DNA of 64,000 nucleotides from a virus (Duplodnaviria; Caudoviricetes): IMG/VR virus record IMGVR_UViG_2654587515_000001, positions 15,175 to 79,174 of that record; one strand, 5' to 3'. Shown piece by piece: positions 63,497 to 64,000 of this stretch (position 1 is its first letter; each line of letters starts with the position of its first letter). The notes under the pieces were generated by a model. It saw only the letters and a program-made list of their open reading frames with translations, ran no database searches and was not told where the DNA came from. The position numbers and the translations under genes were made by a program.

Positions 63497-64000
63497 AGAA
63501 TAAGTGGGAATAGCGTCGGGATATTTGCACCCGAGAAATGCCGGTCATTCTTGCCACTTCGGCCTTTGTCACCTTTTTTCCTATCCTCTTCAGTATCTTG
63601 ATAGCTTCGATTATTTTTGCTTCGCTGTCTTCCGTTCTCGCCTTGTGGACGCGATAAGCTGCTGCTTGTCGGTTTGTCAGGTTGTCTTGAGTTGGTTCTT
63701 CTATTGTGAGCTTGGGCCGATCGCAGGATGGCGATATCCAAAGGCACTCTGTGCGCTTCGTTCTCGTCTTGCTTGATGTGGCAATAACCTCAATGTCTAT
63801 TCGTTTCCAGCCTGCAGCCTCAAGAGGTTCATACACAGGGTGAGCGTATCCGGAAAGAACAGCCTTGCCTTCAATGCCCAGCAAGCTGTCTACCATATCC
63901 ATGTGCTCCTCTATGGTCATTTCATGCTCGTATTTTCCATTAATCCGAGTGTCAGGTACGTAGGGAGGATCAAGATAGAATAGTGTCTCAGGTCTATCAT
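63495..64000 (-). CDS. DNA adenine methyltransferase (D12 class) with a C-terminal HTH, 5' partial
   Basis: Frame stays open to the window edge: DRPETLFYLDPPY...LSGY...RTECLW, then KVTKAEVARMTGISRVQISRRY. Confidence 0.8.
   Translation of the reverse strand, partial: DRPETLFYLDPPYVPDTRINGKYEHEMTIEEHMDMVDSLLGIEGKAVLSGYAHPVYEPLEAAGWKRIDIEVIATSSKTRTKRTECLWISPSCDRPKLTIEEPTQDNLTNRQAAAYRVHKARTEDSEAKIIEAIKILKRIGKKVTKAEVARMTGISRVQISRRYSHLF

Larger units (their letters stand above)
1..64000. mobile_element. P1-like temperate phage-plasmid (myovirus), internal segment; both ends lie outside the window
   Basis: Capsid, sheath, tube, tape measure, baseplate, portal, protease, terminase and lysis genes together with parA, an iteron repA replicon and Dar genes, in P1-like blocks. 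Confidence 0.95.

Overview
The whole 64 kb window is an internal segment of a P1-like temperate myovirus (phage-plasmid). The host is probably a Vibrionaceae member, inferred from AphA-like, VqmA-like and YejK homologues. From left to right it carries: (1) head, contractile tail and baseplate genes; (2) the Dar antirestriction genes (hdf, darA, ddrA, an HExxH metallopeptidase protein, and a 2349-aa DarB with pyrophosphatase-like, N6-MTase and SNF2 domains); (3) portal and prohead protease; (4) a type Ib par locus and a P1-type oriR/repA/incA replicon; (5) Dam, RdgC and a second, TrfA-like initiator with its own six-iteron origin; (6) early accessory genes including an integrase, YejK and a nuclease/SNF2 pair; (7) a lysis cassette, pacA/pacB with a GATC-cluster pac site, a small tyrosine recombinase and a partial third adenine MTase. 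The most notable signal is regulatory. The phage encodes a VqmA-like PAS-LuxR receptor directly upstream of a LexA-box-controlled gene, and a full-length homologue of the Vibrio low-cell-density master regulator AphA. This suggests a phage circuit that integrates quorum-sensing and SOS inputs. Also read directly from the DNA: a six-copy late-promoter motif (TGTTGATGC-N19-TAnnnT), a probable +1 frameshift in the tail chaperone, identical 25-bp palindromes bracketing the integrase, a lox-like inverted repeat after pacB, and candidate structured ncRNAs. All homology calls are by eye and from memory; no database search was run.
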